From a virus (taxonomy: Duplodnaviria > Caudoviricetes): 64,000 nucleotides of DNA. The DNA is taken from positions 5,964 to 69,963 of IMG/VR virus record IMGVR_UViG_2606217775_000001, one strand, 5' to 3'. Within the stretch, counting starts at the first letter, position 1, and each line of letters begins with the position of its first letter. A program made the translations under genes and the position numbers. Of this stretch, positions 42,226-52,396 are shown piece by piece. Below the pieces are notes generated by a model. The model did not search any database. It was not told the DNA's origin and saw only the letters and a program-made list of their open reading frames with translations.

Positions 42226-44737
42226 CGACAAGCTCAGGATCGTCGCCACCGTCGAGGATCAGTTCACCGGACCGCTGTCCAAGCTCGAGAAGGGCATCAA
42301 GCGGGTCGGCGACGAGACGACCAAGCAGGGCGCGACCTGGAAGAAGGACTGGGCCGGCGTCCGGGAGGAGGTCGGCAAGTTCCAGGGTGTCCTGCGCGGC
42401 TTCGACCCGATCTTCGCGGCCGTCGGTGTGACGGGCTTCGGCGCGGCCATGTCGATCACCGGCATGGTGTCGGCGCTGCGCGGCTTCAGCGGCTCGACGC
42501 AGCAGCTGTCGATGCTGTCCCGGGAAACCGGCGTGGCGGTCGACAAGCTGCGCGCGTTCGGGGCGCTCGGCGAGCGGTTCGGCGTGTCGGCCGACAGCAT
42601 GAAGAGCTCGGTCGCGTCCTTCGCGACCTCGATGTTCGACCTGCGCCGGCGCTGGGGCGAGGCCTACTCCGGCCTCCAGGCGATGAACCTCGGCAAGCTC
42701 GCCGAGGACCTGGTCAACGCGCCCAACATGGACGAGGCGCTCAAGCGCGCCGTCGACGGGATCCAGGCGATCCCGGAGCCGGAGGTGCGTCGGCGCGTGT
42801 CGCGGATGCTGTTCGGCGCCGACGACATCGCCCGCATCGCCGGGTCGATGACGGGCAAGTTCTCCGAGGCGTTGGCCCAGGTCCAGAAAGAGGTCGGGCA
42901 CCTCGACAAACAGACCGAGGAGGCGGCCGCCCGCTTCGAGCAGAGCATGGGCCGGATCGGCGCCGCGGCCGAGCGGCTGAAGCTCAAGGTCCTCGGGCCG
43001 ATGCTCAAGGGCACGGCCGACCTGATCGAGGACGCCGAGAAGAACGGGCTACGCGGCAACGAGGGCGAGCAGGCGCTCCGCAATCAGCTGTCCCCGTTCG
43101 GCGGGCCAGAGGCGACACCGCGGGACAAGCTGGAGGGCCGTCGCGCCCAGGTCGAGCAGCAGCTCAAGCTCCTGGAGGCCGGCCCGCGCGGGGCGGATTA
43201 CCAGCGCAAGCACGATCGCATGATCGAGGAGCTTAAGCGCGTCGCCGACGAGCTGCAGAAGGTCCGGGAGAGCGGCGGGGCGAGCGTCAGCCCTTCGAGC
43301 TTCGGCGGGTCCACGAGCGGCGGCGGATCGCTGATCCAGAAGGCGGCCTGGGGCGGCTTCGGCTCCTCAGCTGGCGCGAGTTCTGCGATCCCGACCTACG
43401 GCAGCTCGGGCGGCATAGGCGCGGGCGGTGGATCCGGCGGCGGGTCGGGTGGCGGTACACGTGCCCCGGCGGCTCCTGATCTCGGCGATGGCATCCGCGG
43501 GCGCCCGTTCGGCAGCAAGGGGCCGGTCGGCAGCTCAAGCGGTCCTCTCGGCAGCGAAGCGCCGATCGGCGACCGCGGCATGCTGGATCTGATCGCGCGC
43601 GCGGAGGGAACGACGCGCCGCGGCTACAACGACAGCTTCGCTCACCAAGTCGGCGGCGACCTGACCGGCAAGACGCTCGGCGAGATCGAGCAGATCCAGC
43701 GCGGCATGCGCGGATCCTCGGCGATCGGCCGCTATCAGTTCATGCGCGGCACGCTGTTCGGCAGCGGGCGTAGGGGCGATCGAGGACTGCTGGGCGAACT
43801 CGGCCTCGGCCGGGACGACAAGTTCACGCCGGAGTTGCAGGACCGGCTGGCGAACGCCCTGATCGAGCGCCGCTACAAGGAGGCCAAGCGCGCGCAAGCC
43901 AGGCAGGGCGGCGACTTCATGCGCCACTTCCGGACCGCTCTGGCACGCGAGTGGGCGAGCTTCCCGGGCGATTACGGGCAGCGCGGCCGCAACGGGGGCA
44001 TGTACCCCGGGCAAAGCGCCAGCATCGGCCGCGACCGACTTACCGAGGGGGCGCAACGCTGGCTGGACGAGCGCGAGGGGCGCGTCGCGACCTCGCGATC
44101 CGAGTCCGGTCGTCGCTCCGAGGTTCTCGCCGATCCGAACGACGAGCGCCGAAAGCCCGACGAGGGCGGCATCCGACAGGTCACCCCCTGGAAGAAGGCG
44201 CCGGCGCTCGCTCCGACCAAGGCGAGCATGGAGGGTGGCTCGGAGGACTTTCCGTCGTTCCTGAAACGCAGGGCAGAGGGCGGCGCCACCTTCGGTCAAC
44301 GTGAGGACGAGGCGATCGAAGATCAGCGCCGACGCACCGTCGGTGGGATGAACGATGACCTCGACCGCGCGCGGCAGGAGGCTCCAGACGGCGACACCGA
44401 GACGACCGGAAGCCGGCACTATGCCGACATCCAGGGCCGCTCGAATGACCCGGCCTACAAGCCCACGCGCGATCTGACCCTCGATGAGATCCGCAAGTTC
44501 CGTAGACCGGATCGGAAGGTCGGCGACGCGCTGATGGACCGCTTCTACGGGAGGGGCGGCCCCGGCGGCGGGCCGGGCATGCAGATGCCGGGCGCGCCGG
44601 TCGATCCCAGGGGCACCCTGCACATCAAGTTCGACAGCGCGCCCGCGGGCATGACGCACCGGGCCGACATGGGCGGGCTGTTCCGGGAGACGACCGTGTC
44701 GAAGGGTCGGCCGCAGATGGACATGGACCGGGCGTAG
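42218..44737 (+). CDS. Tape measure protein with lysozyme-like domain
   Basis: LRIVATVEDQFTGPL N-terminus; helical body; LDLIARAEG...YN...AIGRYQF...TL muramidase-like motif. Confidence 0.88.
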   Translation: MADDKLRIVATVEDQFTGPLSKLEKGIKRVGDETTKQGATWKKDWAGVREEVGKFQGVLRGFDPIFAAVGVTGFGAAMSITGMVSALRGFSGSTQQLSMLSRETGVAVDKLRAFGALGERFGVSADSMKSSVASFATSMFDLRRRWGEAYSGLQAMNLGKLAEDLVNAPNMDEALKRAVDGIQAIPEPEVRRRVSRMLFGADDIARIAGSMTGKFSEALAQVQKEVGHLDKQTEEAAARFEQSMGRIGAAAERLKLKVLGPMLKGTADLIEDAEKNGLRGNEGEQALRNQLSPFGGPEATPRDKLEGRRAQVEQQLKLLEAGPRGADYQRKHDRMIEELKRVADELQKVRESGGASVSPSSFGGSTSGGGSLIQKAAWGGFGSSAGASSAIPTYGSSGGIGAGGGSGGGSGGGTRAPAAPDLGDGIRGRPFGSKGPVGSSSGPLGSEAPIGDRGMLDLIARAEGTTRRGYNDSFAHQVGGDLTGKTLGEIEQIQRGMRGSSAIGRYQFMRGTLFGSGRRGDRGLLGELGLGRDDKFTPELQDRLANALIERRYKEAKRAQARQGGDFMRHFRTALAREWASFPGDYGQRGRNGGMYPGQSASIGRDRLTEGAQRWLDEREGRVATSRSESGRRSEVLADPNDERRKPDEGGIRQVTPWKKAPALAPTKASMEGGSEDFPSFLKRRAEGGATFGQREDEAIEDQRRRTVGGMNDDLDRARQEAPDGDTETTGSRHYADIQGRSNDPAYKPTRDLTLDEIRKFRRPDRKVGDALMDRFYGRGGPGGGPGMQMPGAPVDPRGTLHIKFDSAPAGMTHRADMGGLFRETTVSKGRPQMDMDRA

Positions 44738-44772
44738 CGGCCCGGATCCACCAACGATCAAAGGCCTTCCGC

Positions 44773-45249
44773 ATGTCCTGGCGCGACGAGCTCCGCCCGC
44801 CGTCGTTCCGCGGCGTGCCGTTCCACATCGAGGCGAACACCCGCTTCGGTGGGCGGCGGGGCTTCACATACGAGTTCGCCAAGTCCGAGCGCAGCTCGGA
44901 CGAGGACCTCGGGCGCCGAGTCACCCGCGTGGCGATCTCCGCCTACGTCATCGGCCCGGATTACCTCGATCAGGCCGACGACCTGGAGGCGGCGCTCCAG
45001 CGGGAAGGCGCCGGTCTCCTCGTCCTGTCCACGATGGGACAGGCGACGATGCGCTGCGAGACCTACCAGCGGATCGAGACGAAGGACCAGGGCGGCTTGG
45101 CCCGCTTCGAGATGGCCTTCGTGCGCTCTCAGGTCGGGGTCGCCGCCCCGTCGGGGCGGGAGAACACCCAGGCCGCCGCGCGCGCGGCGGCCGCGCAGAA
45201 CGCGACCGCGGCCGAACTGTCCGCCGGCAGCGACGACGACTGGAGCTAG
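44773..45249 (+). CDS. DNA circularisation protein, N-terminal domain (Mu gpN-like)
   Basis: MSWRDELRPPSFRGVPF...EDLGRR motif. Confidence 0.9.
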   Translation: MSWRDELRPPSFRGVPFHIEANTRFGGRRGFTYEFAKSERSSDEDLGRRVTRVAISAYVIGPDYLDQADDLEAALQREGAGLLVLSTMGQATMRCETYQRIETKDQGGLARFEMAFVRSQVGVAAPSGRENTQAAARAAAAQNATAAELSAGSDDDWS

Positions 45250-45255
45250 GACCGG

Positions 45256-45930
45256 ATGACCTTCGCCCAGCGCCGCGTCGCCGTCGCGGCGCTGAAGGCC
45301 GTCCTCGACGCGCTGCTCGCCTCCGGCGTCGACGCCGCGAGCCAGGACGGGGCGACGCTCCGGCAGCTCTGCGGCGCGCTCTCGGCCGATGCGGTCGGCC
45401 AGGTCCAGGCCGGCACCTTCGGGCCGCCGCTACGCGCGTGCTTCACGGCCGCCACCGCAGCCGGCGCCACGTTCGTCGGCATGGACCGGGTGCGGCAGAC
45501 GGCACAGGCCGTCACGGCTCCGGATTTACCGGTGCAGCGCGTCGCCCAGATCGCCGCGCGCCTCGCGCTCACCGAGATGGTGAACATCCTGGCCGGGACC
45601 GTCTTCACGTCCCGGCAGGACGTCGATGCGGCGCTGGCGCGGATGAACCTCGCGTTCGCCCCGGCCGAAGACTTCGCAGCCGGTCGCTTCGACAACACCG
45701 CGTGGCGCGCGCTCACCGCGCTGCACGCGGCCTGTGTCCGCGATCTCACGGCCCGGGGCAGGCCGCTGCCGCGGCTCGTGTCCTACAGCTTCGGCACGCG
45801 CATGCCGCTGCTGACGCTCGCCAACCGGCTGTTCGGCGACGCGAGCCGCGCCGAGCAGCTGCTCGCGGAGAACCGCGACGTGGTCCACCCCCTGTTCATG
45901 CCGGCCTCCGGCAACGCCTTCTCCGGCTGA
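45256..45930 (+). CDS. DNA circularisation protein, C-terminal part
   Basis: MPLLTLANRLFGDASRAEQLLAEN..VHPLFMP motif; same frame as the upstream ORF. Confidence 0.75.
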   Translation: MTFAQRRVAVAALKAVLDALLASGVDAASQDGATLRQLCGALSADAVGQVQAGTFGPPLRACFTAATAAGATFVGMDRVRQTAQAVTAPDLPVQRVAQIAARLALTEMVNILAGTVFTSRQDVDAALARMNLAFAPAEDFAAGRFDNTAWRALTALHAACVRDLTARGRPLPRLVSYSFGTRMPLLTLANRLFGDASRAEQLLAENRDVVHPLFMPASGNAFSG

Positions 45931-45939
45931 GAGCGACCG

Positions 45940-47103
45940 GTGCCCAATCCCGACCTGATCTGCGAGGTCCGCACCGAGGGCGGCGTCTACCAGGACTGGC
46001 TGACCGTCCAGGTGTCCCAGTCCTTCGATGCCGCGTGGCAGCGCACCTTCCGCCTCACCTGCGCCGAGCCGGAGGATCCGAACAGCCGCCGCCAGACGAC
46101 ATCGGGCTCCTCGTGGGGCGAGGCCGCTCAGATCGCGGCCCAGCGTCTCCTACCCGGGATGCGCGTGGACATCGCGCTCGCGGGCGAAGTCGTCATCCAA
46201 GAAGGCTACATCGGCAACCGGCAGACCGCCTTCGACGCCAACCGGCACGGCGTCCAGGTGTCGGGCTTCTCGAAGGCCGAGCTCACCCGCAAGGCGTCGG
46301 CCGACGGCGGCACCGGGCAGTTCCGTGGCTACAAGCTCGACGCGATCGCCAACCGGCTGCTGAGACCGCACGGGCTCAAGTTTCGGGTTGAGGGTGGTCC
46401 GGACGGCTGGGACACTCCGTTCCCGAACTTCACGATCCGACACGGCGAGACGCCCTTCGACGCGATCTCGCGCGGGTGCCGGCAGCGCGGTCTGTGGCTG
46501 CGGGCCGACGCCAACGGGGATTTCGTCGCCGGCGCGCGCCAGGGCGGCAAAGGGGCGATGTTCGAGCAGGGGCTCAACATCCTATCGGCCAACTGCTCGA
46601 TCGACATGCCGTCGGTTCAGGAGATCGTCGCGCGCTCGCAGGTCGCCGGCTCCGACAGCCTGTTCGGGCGCCAGGCCGCGGAGATCTCCGCCAAGGCCCA
46701 GATGAGCAACGGCGTGCCCGGTCTCGCCCGCAAGGTCCTGGCCGAGATGCCGCTCGGCCAGAAGGAGCTGCAGCTGCGCACCAACATGGAGGCGCAGGCG
46801 ATCGAGGCCGATCTCCTGCGGGTGACGCTGGCCTACCAGGGCTGGCTCAACCCGAACGGAGAGCTTTGGGCGCTGTCCGACTTCGTGACCGTCCGTTCGG
46901 GCATGCTGTTTCCGCTGGCCGACCCTCAGATGGACCTGAAGCTCTGGGCCTACACCTATGGTCAGACGCCGGAGGGTCAAACCACGACGGCCATCGAGCT
47001 CGTGAACGCCAAGGCGTTCCAGCAGAAGAACCCCGACGGGCAGGCCTCCGACGGCTTCTACAACCAACCCGTGACGCAGGCGCAGCCCGAGGCGCGCACA
47101 TGA
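45940..47103 (+). CDS. Baseplate hub protein (Mu gpP/gp44-like)
   Basis: YQDWLTVQV...GETPFDAISR..RQRGLWLRADANG motif. Confidence 0.85.
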   Translation: MPNPDLICEVRTEGGVYQDWLTVQVSQSFDAAWQRTFRLTCAEPEDPNSRRQTTSGSSWGEAAQIAAQRLLPGMRVDIALAGEVVIQEGYIGNRQTAFDANRHGVQVSGFSKAELTRKASADGGTGQFRGYKLDAIANRLLRPHGLKFRVEGGPDGWDTPFPNFTIRHGETPFDAISRGCRQRGLWLRADANGDFVAGARQGGKGAMFEQGLNILSANCSIDMPSVQEIVARSQVAGSDSLFGRQAAEISAKAQMSNGVPGLARKVLAEMPLGQKELQLRTNMEAQAIEADLLRVTLAYQGWLNPNGELWALSDFVTVRSGMLFPLADPQMDLKLWAYTYGQTPEGQTTTAIELVNAKAFQQKNPDGQASDGFYNQPVTQAQPEART

Positions 47104-47116
47104 CTGGGGGCGCGGC

Positions 47117-48208
47117 ATGAGCACCTTGCGCGCCGGCGGCGACGACGGCGCTCGCCGGGCCTACCTCGGCATCGCCCGCGGTACTCTCGTTGCGGTCGAC
47201 GACTCGACCAAGCTCCAGGAGCACACGGTCCGCGCGTGGTTCGGTGACCTCTACACCAACGTCGAGCACTGGCACCCCTACGGCTTCAGCAGCGTCCCCC
47301 TGAAGCCGACCGATCAGGAGCAGGGGCAGGCCGAGGTCCTGGTCGCCGCCGTGGGTGGCAACCCCGACCACCCGGTCGTGATCGCCACCGCGGACCGCCG
47401 CCACCGCCCGAAGAACCTCAAGCCCGGCGAGAGCTCGCACCACGACGATCAGCGCCAGCACACGCACTTGACCCGGGACGGCGTCAACCAGACCGGCAAG
47501 AAGGTCACGATCACGGGCGGAGACGACGGCTCGGGCCGAGCGGTCAAACCCGCCATCGACAATTTTGAGCTCAACGAGCAGCTGAAGGGGCTCGCCGCCC
47601 GCCTGTCGCAGGTCGAGGACTCGCACCACGCCCTGTTCGATGTGGTGTCGAAGTTTCGCCAGAACGCTGAAGCCGTCGTCCCGGCTCTCGTCCCGGTCAA
47701 CGCCGTCACCCAGGTGACGAACGCCCTAAGCGGCGCGCCGGGCGGCCTCGACGCCATGAAGGCGCTCGCGGAAGGAAAGCTCACCGGCTACCTGCAGAAC
47801 GCCCTCCAGCGCGGCCTGAAGGCGTTCCTAAACCCGGGCCGGCTCATGGGCATGGCGAGCCTGCTGTCGGGTAACGTCGAGGGCCTGATCGCCGGCCTTG
47901 AGGCGCAGATCGCCGGGCTGATCGCCAACAACCCGGTGATCGGCCTCGTGGACGACCTCGTCGACGAGCTGGAGGCGCTGAATGCCAGCGGCGGCCCCGA
48001 GGCGGCGATCGCCGCGAAGGCCGCGGAGCTGACCGGCCAGATCGAGCAGCTGACCCGGGCCAATTCGGTCATTGCTCAGATCGGCAAGCTCCGCGGCGCG
48101 CTCCAGCTGCTCGCCGACCAGGCCGGGCCGGGCTTGAACTTCCTGGAGCCGCAGAAGCGGCTCGTGCAGGGCCTGACGAAGTCGATGCGCTTCGGCGGCC
48201 CGGGCTGA
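47117..48208 (+). CDS. Baseplate spike (Mu gp45-like) with long helical C-terminal extension
   Basis: VEHWHPYGFSSVP...VGGNPDHPVVIATADRRHRPKNLKPGE motif. Confidence 0.85.
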   Translation: MSTLRAGGDDGARRAYLGIARGTLVAVDDSTKLQEHTVRAWFGDLYTNVEHWHPYGFSSVPLKPTDQEQGQAEVLVAAVGGNPDHPVVIATADRRHRPKNLKPGESSHHDDQRQHTHLTRDGVNQTGKKVTITGGDDGSGRAVKPAIDNFELNEQLKGLAARLSQVEDSHHALFDVVSKFRQNAEAVVPALVPVNAVTQVTNALSGAPGGLDAMKALAEGKLTGYLQNALQRGLKAFLNPGRLMGMASLLSGNVEGLIAGLEAQIAGLIANNPVIGLVDDLVDELEALNASGGPEAAIAAKAAELTGQIEQLTRANSVIAQIGKLRGALQLLADQAGPGLNFLEPQKRLVQGLTKSMRFGGPG

Positions 48209-48218
48209 GAGACCCGCC

Positions 48219-48743
48219 ATGACCGACGTCCGGATCGCGCCGAAGAGCGTCGCCCCAGGCCAGCCCTTCCAGGCCGTCGACTTCAACCTGCTGCTCACGC
48301 CGGCCGGTCAGCTCGACACCTCGGACGAGATGGCGACCGCCGTCGTCGTCGCCCTGATGACCGACGCGCTCGCCGGTCCGGACGACGAACTGCCGGACTC
48401 GCGCGACACCGACCGCCGCGGCTGGTGGGGCGACGTCGACGCGAAAGAGATCTGGGACGGCTGGCCGATCGGCTCGAAGCTCTGGCTCCTGTCCCGGACC
48501 ACGATCACCGGGGTGGCCGCCCGCAAGGGCGCCACGACGGTCCAGATCGAGGACTACATCCGCGAGGCGCTCCAGCCGTTCCTGGACCGGCGGATCGCCA
48601 GCCGCCTTGACGTCACTGTAGTGCGCGCCGGCGTCGAGCGGATCGAGGCGCGCATCGTGATGTATCGCGGCGACGAGCTTCTTCTGGATCTGAGATTTTC
48701 GGATCTGTGGGCCGGGATCGTCGTGTCCGCGCCGACCGGCTGA
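48219..48743 (+). CDS. Baseplate protein (Mu gp46-like)
   Basis: TAVVVALMTD...RRGWWGD...GSKLWLL motif. Confidence 0.9.
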   Translation: MTDVRIAPKSVAPGQPFQAVDFNLLLTPAGQLDTSDEMATAVVVALMTDALAGPDDELPDSRDTDRRGWWGDVDAKEIWDGWPIGSKLWLLSRTTITGVAARKGATTVQIEDYIREALQPFLDRRIASRLDVTVVRAGVERIEARIVMYRGDELLLDLRFSDLWAGIVVSAPTG

Positions 48744-48816
48744 CCGGCCGCCACCACCGCCACCGCCCAAGCCGACCCGCTGGAAGCCGCCACCGCGGCG
48801 CGCCCGAGACTGTCCC

Positions 48817-49890
48817 ATGCCGTTCACCCTGCCGGACCTGCCGAGCGTGCGCCGGCAGAACCGCGACTTCCTGGCCGCCTTCCTTGAGGGCGCCGACGCG
48901 AGCGTCCCGAACAGCGCGCTGCGCGTGCTCTCGGACCAGAACGCCGGCGGCGCGTTCCTGAACCTGAAGTACCTCGCGTGGCTCGCCAAGAACCTCCTGC
49001 CCGACATGGCGGAGAAGGGCTGGCTCGACCGCTGGGCCAACATCCTGTTCGGCGGCCGTAAGGCGGCGACCTTCGCCGCGGGCAGGATCACGGTCACCGG
49101 CACGCCCGGCACGCTCCTGCCGGCCGGCACGCCGCTCGCGACCTCGGACGGGATCCAGTACCAGACAGCGGCCGACGTCTATCTATCGGCCACCACGACG
49201 CCCGTGGCGGTCACATGCCTGACCGCCGGCGCCATCGGCAATCGCGACCAGGGCGCCCTGCTCTCGCTCACGGTCGCGGTGTCCAGCGTCAACGCGCAGG
49301 CCACCGTCGTTCTGATTGACGGCGGCGCCGACACCGAGAGCGACGAGGACCTGCGCGCGCGCATCCTGCTGCGGATCCGCAACCCGCCGATGGGCGGGTG
49401 CGTCACCGACTACCAGCAATGGACCCTGTCGCTGCCGGGCGTGTCCCGGGTGTGGGTCGCGCCCTGCGAGATGGGCCCCGGCACCGTCACGGTGCGCTTC
49501 GCCTGCGACGTGCTGCGGGCGTCGAGCGACGGCCTGCCCACCGCCGACGACTGCGCGCTCGCCAAGGCCTACCTCGACACGGTCCGGCCCGTGACGGTGG
49601 CCGACCTGTTCGTGCCGCCGTCGATCCCGCAGGGGATCGTGCCGCGGATCCTGAACCTGTCCGCCGACACGCCCTCGCTGCGCCTGGCGATCGAGGCGGC
49701 GCTCCAGGCGATGCTGCTGGAGCGCGCCGCGCCGGGCCAGACAATCTTCGCCTGCTGGATCTCCGACGCGATCTCCGAGGCCGTCGGCGACGTGACCTTC
49801 GATCTCGCGACCGGGGATTTCGTGATGGCGAACCGCGGCTCGATCGCCTCGCTGAAGGCCCAGTTCGGCGGCGGGATCGCGTTCACATGA
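48817..49890 (+). CDS. Baseplate J-like protein (Mu gp47)
   Basis: GGADTESDEDLRARIL...PPMGG...DYQQW...GPGTVTV motif. Confidence 0.92.
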   Translation: MPFTLPDLPSVRRQNRDFLAAFLEGADASVPNSALRVLSDQNAGGAFLNLKYLAWLAKNLLPDMAEKGWLDRWANILFGGRKAATFAAGRITVTGTPGTLLPAGTPLATSDGIQYQTAADVYLSATTTPVAVTCLTAGAIGNRDQGALLSLTVAVSSVNAQATVVLIDGGADTESDEDLRARILLRIRNPPMGGCVTDYQQWTLSLPGVSRVWVAPCEMGPGTVTVRFACDVLRASSDGLPTADDCALAKAYLDTVRPVTVADLFVPPSIPQGIVPRILNLSADTPSLRLAIEAALQAMLLERAAPGQTIFACWISDAISEAVGDVTFDLATGDFVMANRGSIASLKAQFGGGIAFT

Positions 49891-50603
49891 GCGACGGGTT
49901 CATCCGGCGCGACGGCGAGGATTACGCGCAGGCCTTCGCCCGCCTGCTGCCGACCGGCGAGGCGTGGTCGCGCGATCCCGATGGCTGCCTGATGCAGCTC
50001 GTGCGAGGCCAAGCGGAGATCTGGGGCGCGGTTGTCGATCCGCGCGCGGCCGACCTGCTGCAGATCGAGGCCGACCCGCGCTTCACCTACGAGCTGCTCG
50101 CGGACTGGGAACGGGCCTACGGACTGCCGGACCCGTGCGTGCCGGTCGTCCAGACCCTGACCGAGCGGCGCCAGGCGCTCGTGCAGAAGATCGCGATGCA
50201 GGGCGGCCAGTCGCGCGCCTTCTTCATCGGGGTGGCGGCCTCGCTCGGCTACCAGATTACGATCACCGAGTACGTGCCGTTCCAGTTCGGGCTCTCGGCC
50301 TTCGGGAGCTCACACGGGCGGATCGCCCCGCCCTGGGTCCGCTTCTACTGGACCGTGCGCGTCAACGGCGGGCGCACGACGCGCTTCCAGTTCGGCACGT
50401 CCTCCTTCGGCCGCGATGCCATCCTCGAGGTCCGCAAGGCCGAGGATCTGGAGTGCATCTTCGGGCGGCTCAAGCCCGCCCACACGCTGGTCCTGTTCGA
50501 CTACCACGACGCCGCACCGACCTTGAGCGTCGAGCGGTTCAACTCCGGCACCTCGCGCTTCGGGGCCGACCCGATCCTGCGCGTCGTCGCCTCCGACATC
50601 TGA
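49887..50603 (+). CDS. Baseplate protein (Mu gp48/YmfQ-like)
   Basis: LLPTGEAW...LLADWERAYGLPD...LKPAHT motif. Confidence 0.9.
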   Translation: MSDGFIRRDGEDYAQAFARLLPTGEAWSRDPDGCLMQLVRGQAEIWGAVVDPRAADLLQIEADPRFTYELLADWERAYGLPDPCVPVVQTLTERRQALVQKIAMQGGQSRAFFIGVAASLGYQITITEYVPFQFGLSAFGSSHGRIAPPWVRFYWTVRVNGGRTTRFQFGTSSFGRDAILEVRKAEDLECIFGRLKPAHTLVLFDYHDAAPTLSVERFNSGTSRFGADPILRVVASDI

Positions 50604-50627
50604 TCCCGGCCCTCCCGGAGCTCCCCC

Positions 50628-51800
50628 GTGAAGCAGCACTATCCGCTCGACCCGGTGACGGGCATCGAGAACCCGGCGCTCGCCTGGGCGAACGGCAACC
50701 CGTCTACCGGAACGGACGGGTCGTACCCGCCTTTCGGCCTGTTTCTCGACCCGCAGAAGGAGCTCCTGAACCTTCAGCGCGCCAGCGGGCTGTCCGACAG
50801 CGCCGACGGCTCCGATACGGCGCAGGCGTCCCAGGCCGTGTCCCGTGGCACGTGGCTCGGGACGATCGGCCAGCCCGCCACCGTCAACGACCTCGTCACC
50901 GCGCTGCCCGGTTCGGTGATCTGGCCGGCCCTCCTGATCGGCATGGAGTTCTCCGGCGCCATCAGCGCGCCGAACACCGGCCCGATGACCGTGACGATGA
51001 CGGGCTTCGGCACGCTGCCGGGGAAGGTCAACCTCCTCGGCAAGGCCGGCGGCGCGCTTCAGGCCGGCGATGTGCCGGCGAACGTGCCGTTCAAGTTCCG
51101 CTTCGATGGGACGGCCTTCCGCATGGGCGCCCCGGTCGTGAGCGACCAGGCCGCGACGGCCATGTCCGTCATCCTCACGAAGCCCGCAGCCCTGGTCGTG
51201 TGGGTTGATCCGCTCAACGGCAATGATGCCAACGACGGCACCCTGCCGGGCAAAGCCTACAAGACGCTCGACGCCGCGCTGGCCAAGACGCAGTCGTACT
51301 CGCTGACGATCTACCTGCTCGGCGACGTCACCTGGAACCTGCGTCAGAACCTCTTCAACAACAACACGATCCAGGGCGTGACCGCGGATGCTGCCGGCAA
51401 TATCACCGGGTACACGCTGCGCGGAGTGACCCTGAAGGGCGAGGCGAACAACAGCCCGTTGCCTCAGGGGCGCTGTGCAGCGGGCGCCTTCCTGTACAGT
51501 CTGAACCTGTCCTTCAGCTACTGCTACATCTTGATGCCCGACATCCCATCCGGGGTGGCGATCTTCGATCATTTCCGGGTCATCAACGGCGGCAACGTCG
51601 TTCTCTCGGCCTGCACGGTTGCGACGGCCGGTAGCGCGCCCGGCGCGCTGATAGGTAACGCGGCCGGTAACGCGCAGGCCGGCGGCTACATCGGCGGCAG
51701 CACCCTCTCCGGCTCGACCCCGGGGCACCTGTTCTACTCCGTCTCCGCCGGCCAGAACCCGAACGGCGTGCTCTACCGCTCGAACCTGACGAGCGCGTGA
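50628..51800 (+). CDS. Tail fibre protein 1
   Basis: NGNPSTGTDGSYPP baseplate-anchor-like N-terminus; VDPLNGNDANDG motif; beta-rich C-terminus. Confidence 0.8.
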   Translation: MKQHYPLDPVTGIENPALAWANGNPSTGTDGSYPPFGLFLDPQKELLNLQRASGLSDSADGSDTAQASQAVSRGTWLGTIGQPATVNDLVTALPGSVIWPALLIGMEFSGAISAPNTGPMTVTMTGFGTLPGKVNLLGKAGGALQAGDVPANVPFKFRFDGTAFRMGAPVVSDQAATAMSVILTKPAALVVWVDPLNGNDANDGTLPGKAYKTLDAALAKTQSYSLTIYLLGDVTWNLRQNLFNNNTIQGVTADAAGNITGYTLRGVTLKGEANNSPLPQGRCAAGAFLYSLNLSFSYCYILMPDIPSGVAIFDHFRVINGGNVVLSACTVATAGSAPGALIGNAAGNAQAGGYIGGSTLSGSTPGHLFYSVSAGQNPNGVLYRSNLTSA

Positions 51801-51855
51801 GGAGGCTTCTGCCTCCCCCACTTCCACTGCCCGCGCCATCGCCGGAGACTGTCCC

Positions 51856-52368
51856 GTGAACCTTCCCTTGCTCACCGTCCCGCACGATGGCGGGCGCATG
51901 GTCGATGCTACGCTCGATCAGCTCACCGCGGCCGGCGTCCCCGCCGACGCCATCCTCGCCGCCGTCAGGCCCGTGCTGAAGAAGCAGGTCGATGACGAGG
52001 CTGAGAAGCTGCGCCTGGAGCTCATCACGCCGGGGTCCGGTCAGGCGATGGAGTATCAGGAGGTCTATAACGAGGCCGTCCAGATCGCCAACGCGCTGGC
52101 GGCCAACGCCGCCGCCGACCTCGACCCGACGGCCTTCCCGATGTTGGCGGGCTCGATCGGGACCAACCTCGACCCGAAAACCGAGCGGGCGACCGTCGAT
52201 GTTGCCGGAGAGGCGCGCGCCGCCCTCGCGGCCTATGACGCCTACCAGAAGGTGGGCGCCGCAATCCGCAGCGCACGTCTGAAGGGCAAGGCGGCGATCG
52301 ACGCGGCGGCAGACGTGACGGCGGCGTGCGAGGTGGCCGCGAGCATTGACTGGCCGCCGCTGCCATAG
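51856..52368 (+). CDS. Putative tail fibre assembly protein
   Basis: Follows fibre 1; ITPGSGQAMEYQ...EA...IRSARLKGKAAI motif. Confidence 0.6.
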   Translation: MNLPLLTVPHDGGRMVDATLDQLTAAGVPADAILAAVRPVLKKQVDDEAEKLRLELITPGSGQAMEYQEVYNEAVQIANALAANAAADLDPTAFPMLAGSIGTNLDPKTERATVDVAGEARAALAAYDAYQKVGAAIRSARLKGKAAIDAAADVTAACEVAASIDWPPLP

Positions 52369-52396
52369 CCCGTCGGTCCTGAACGCTGCCGTCCGC

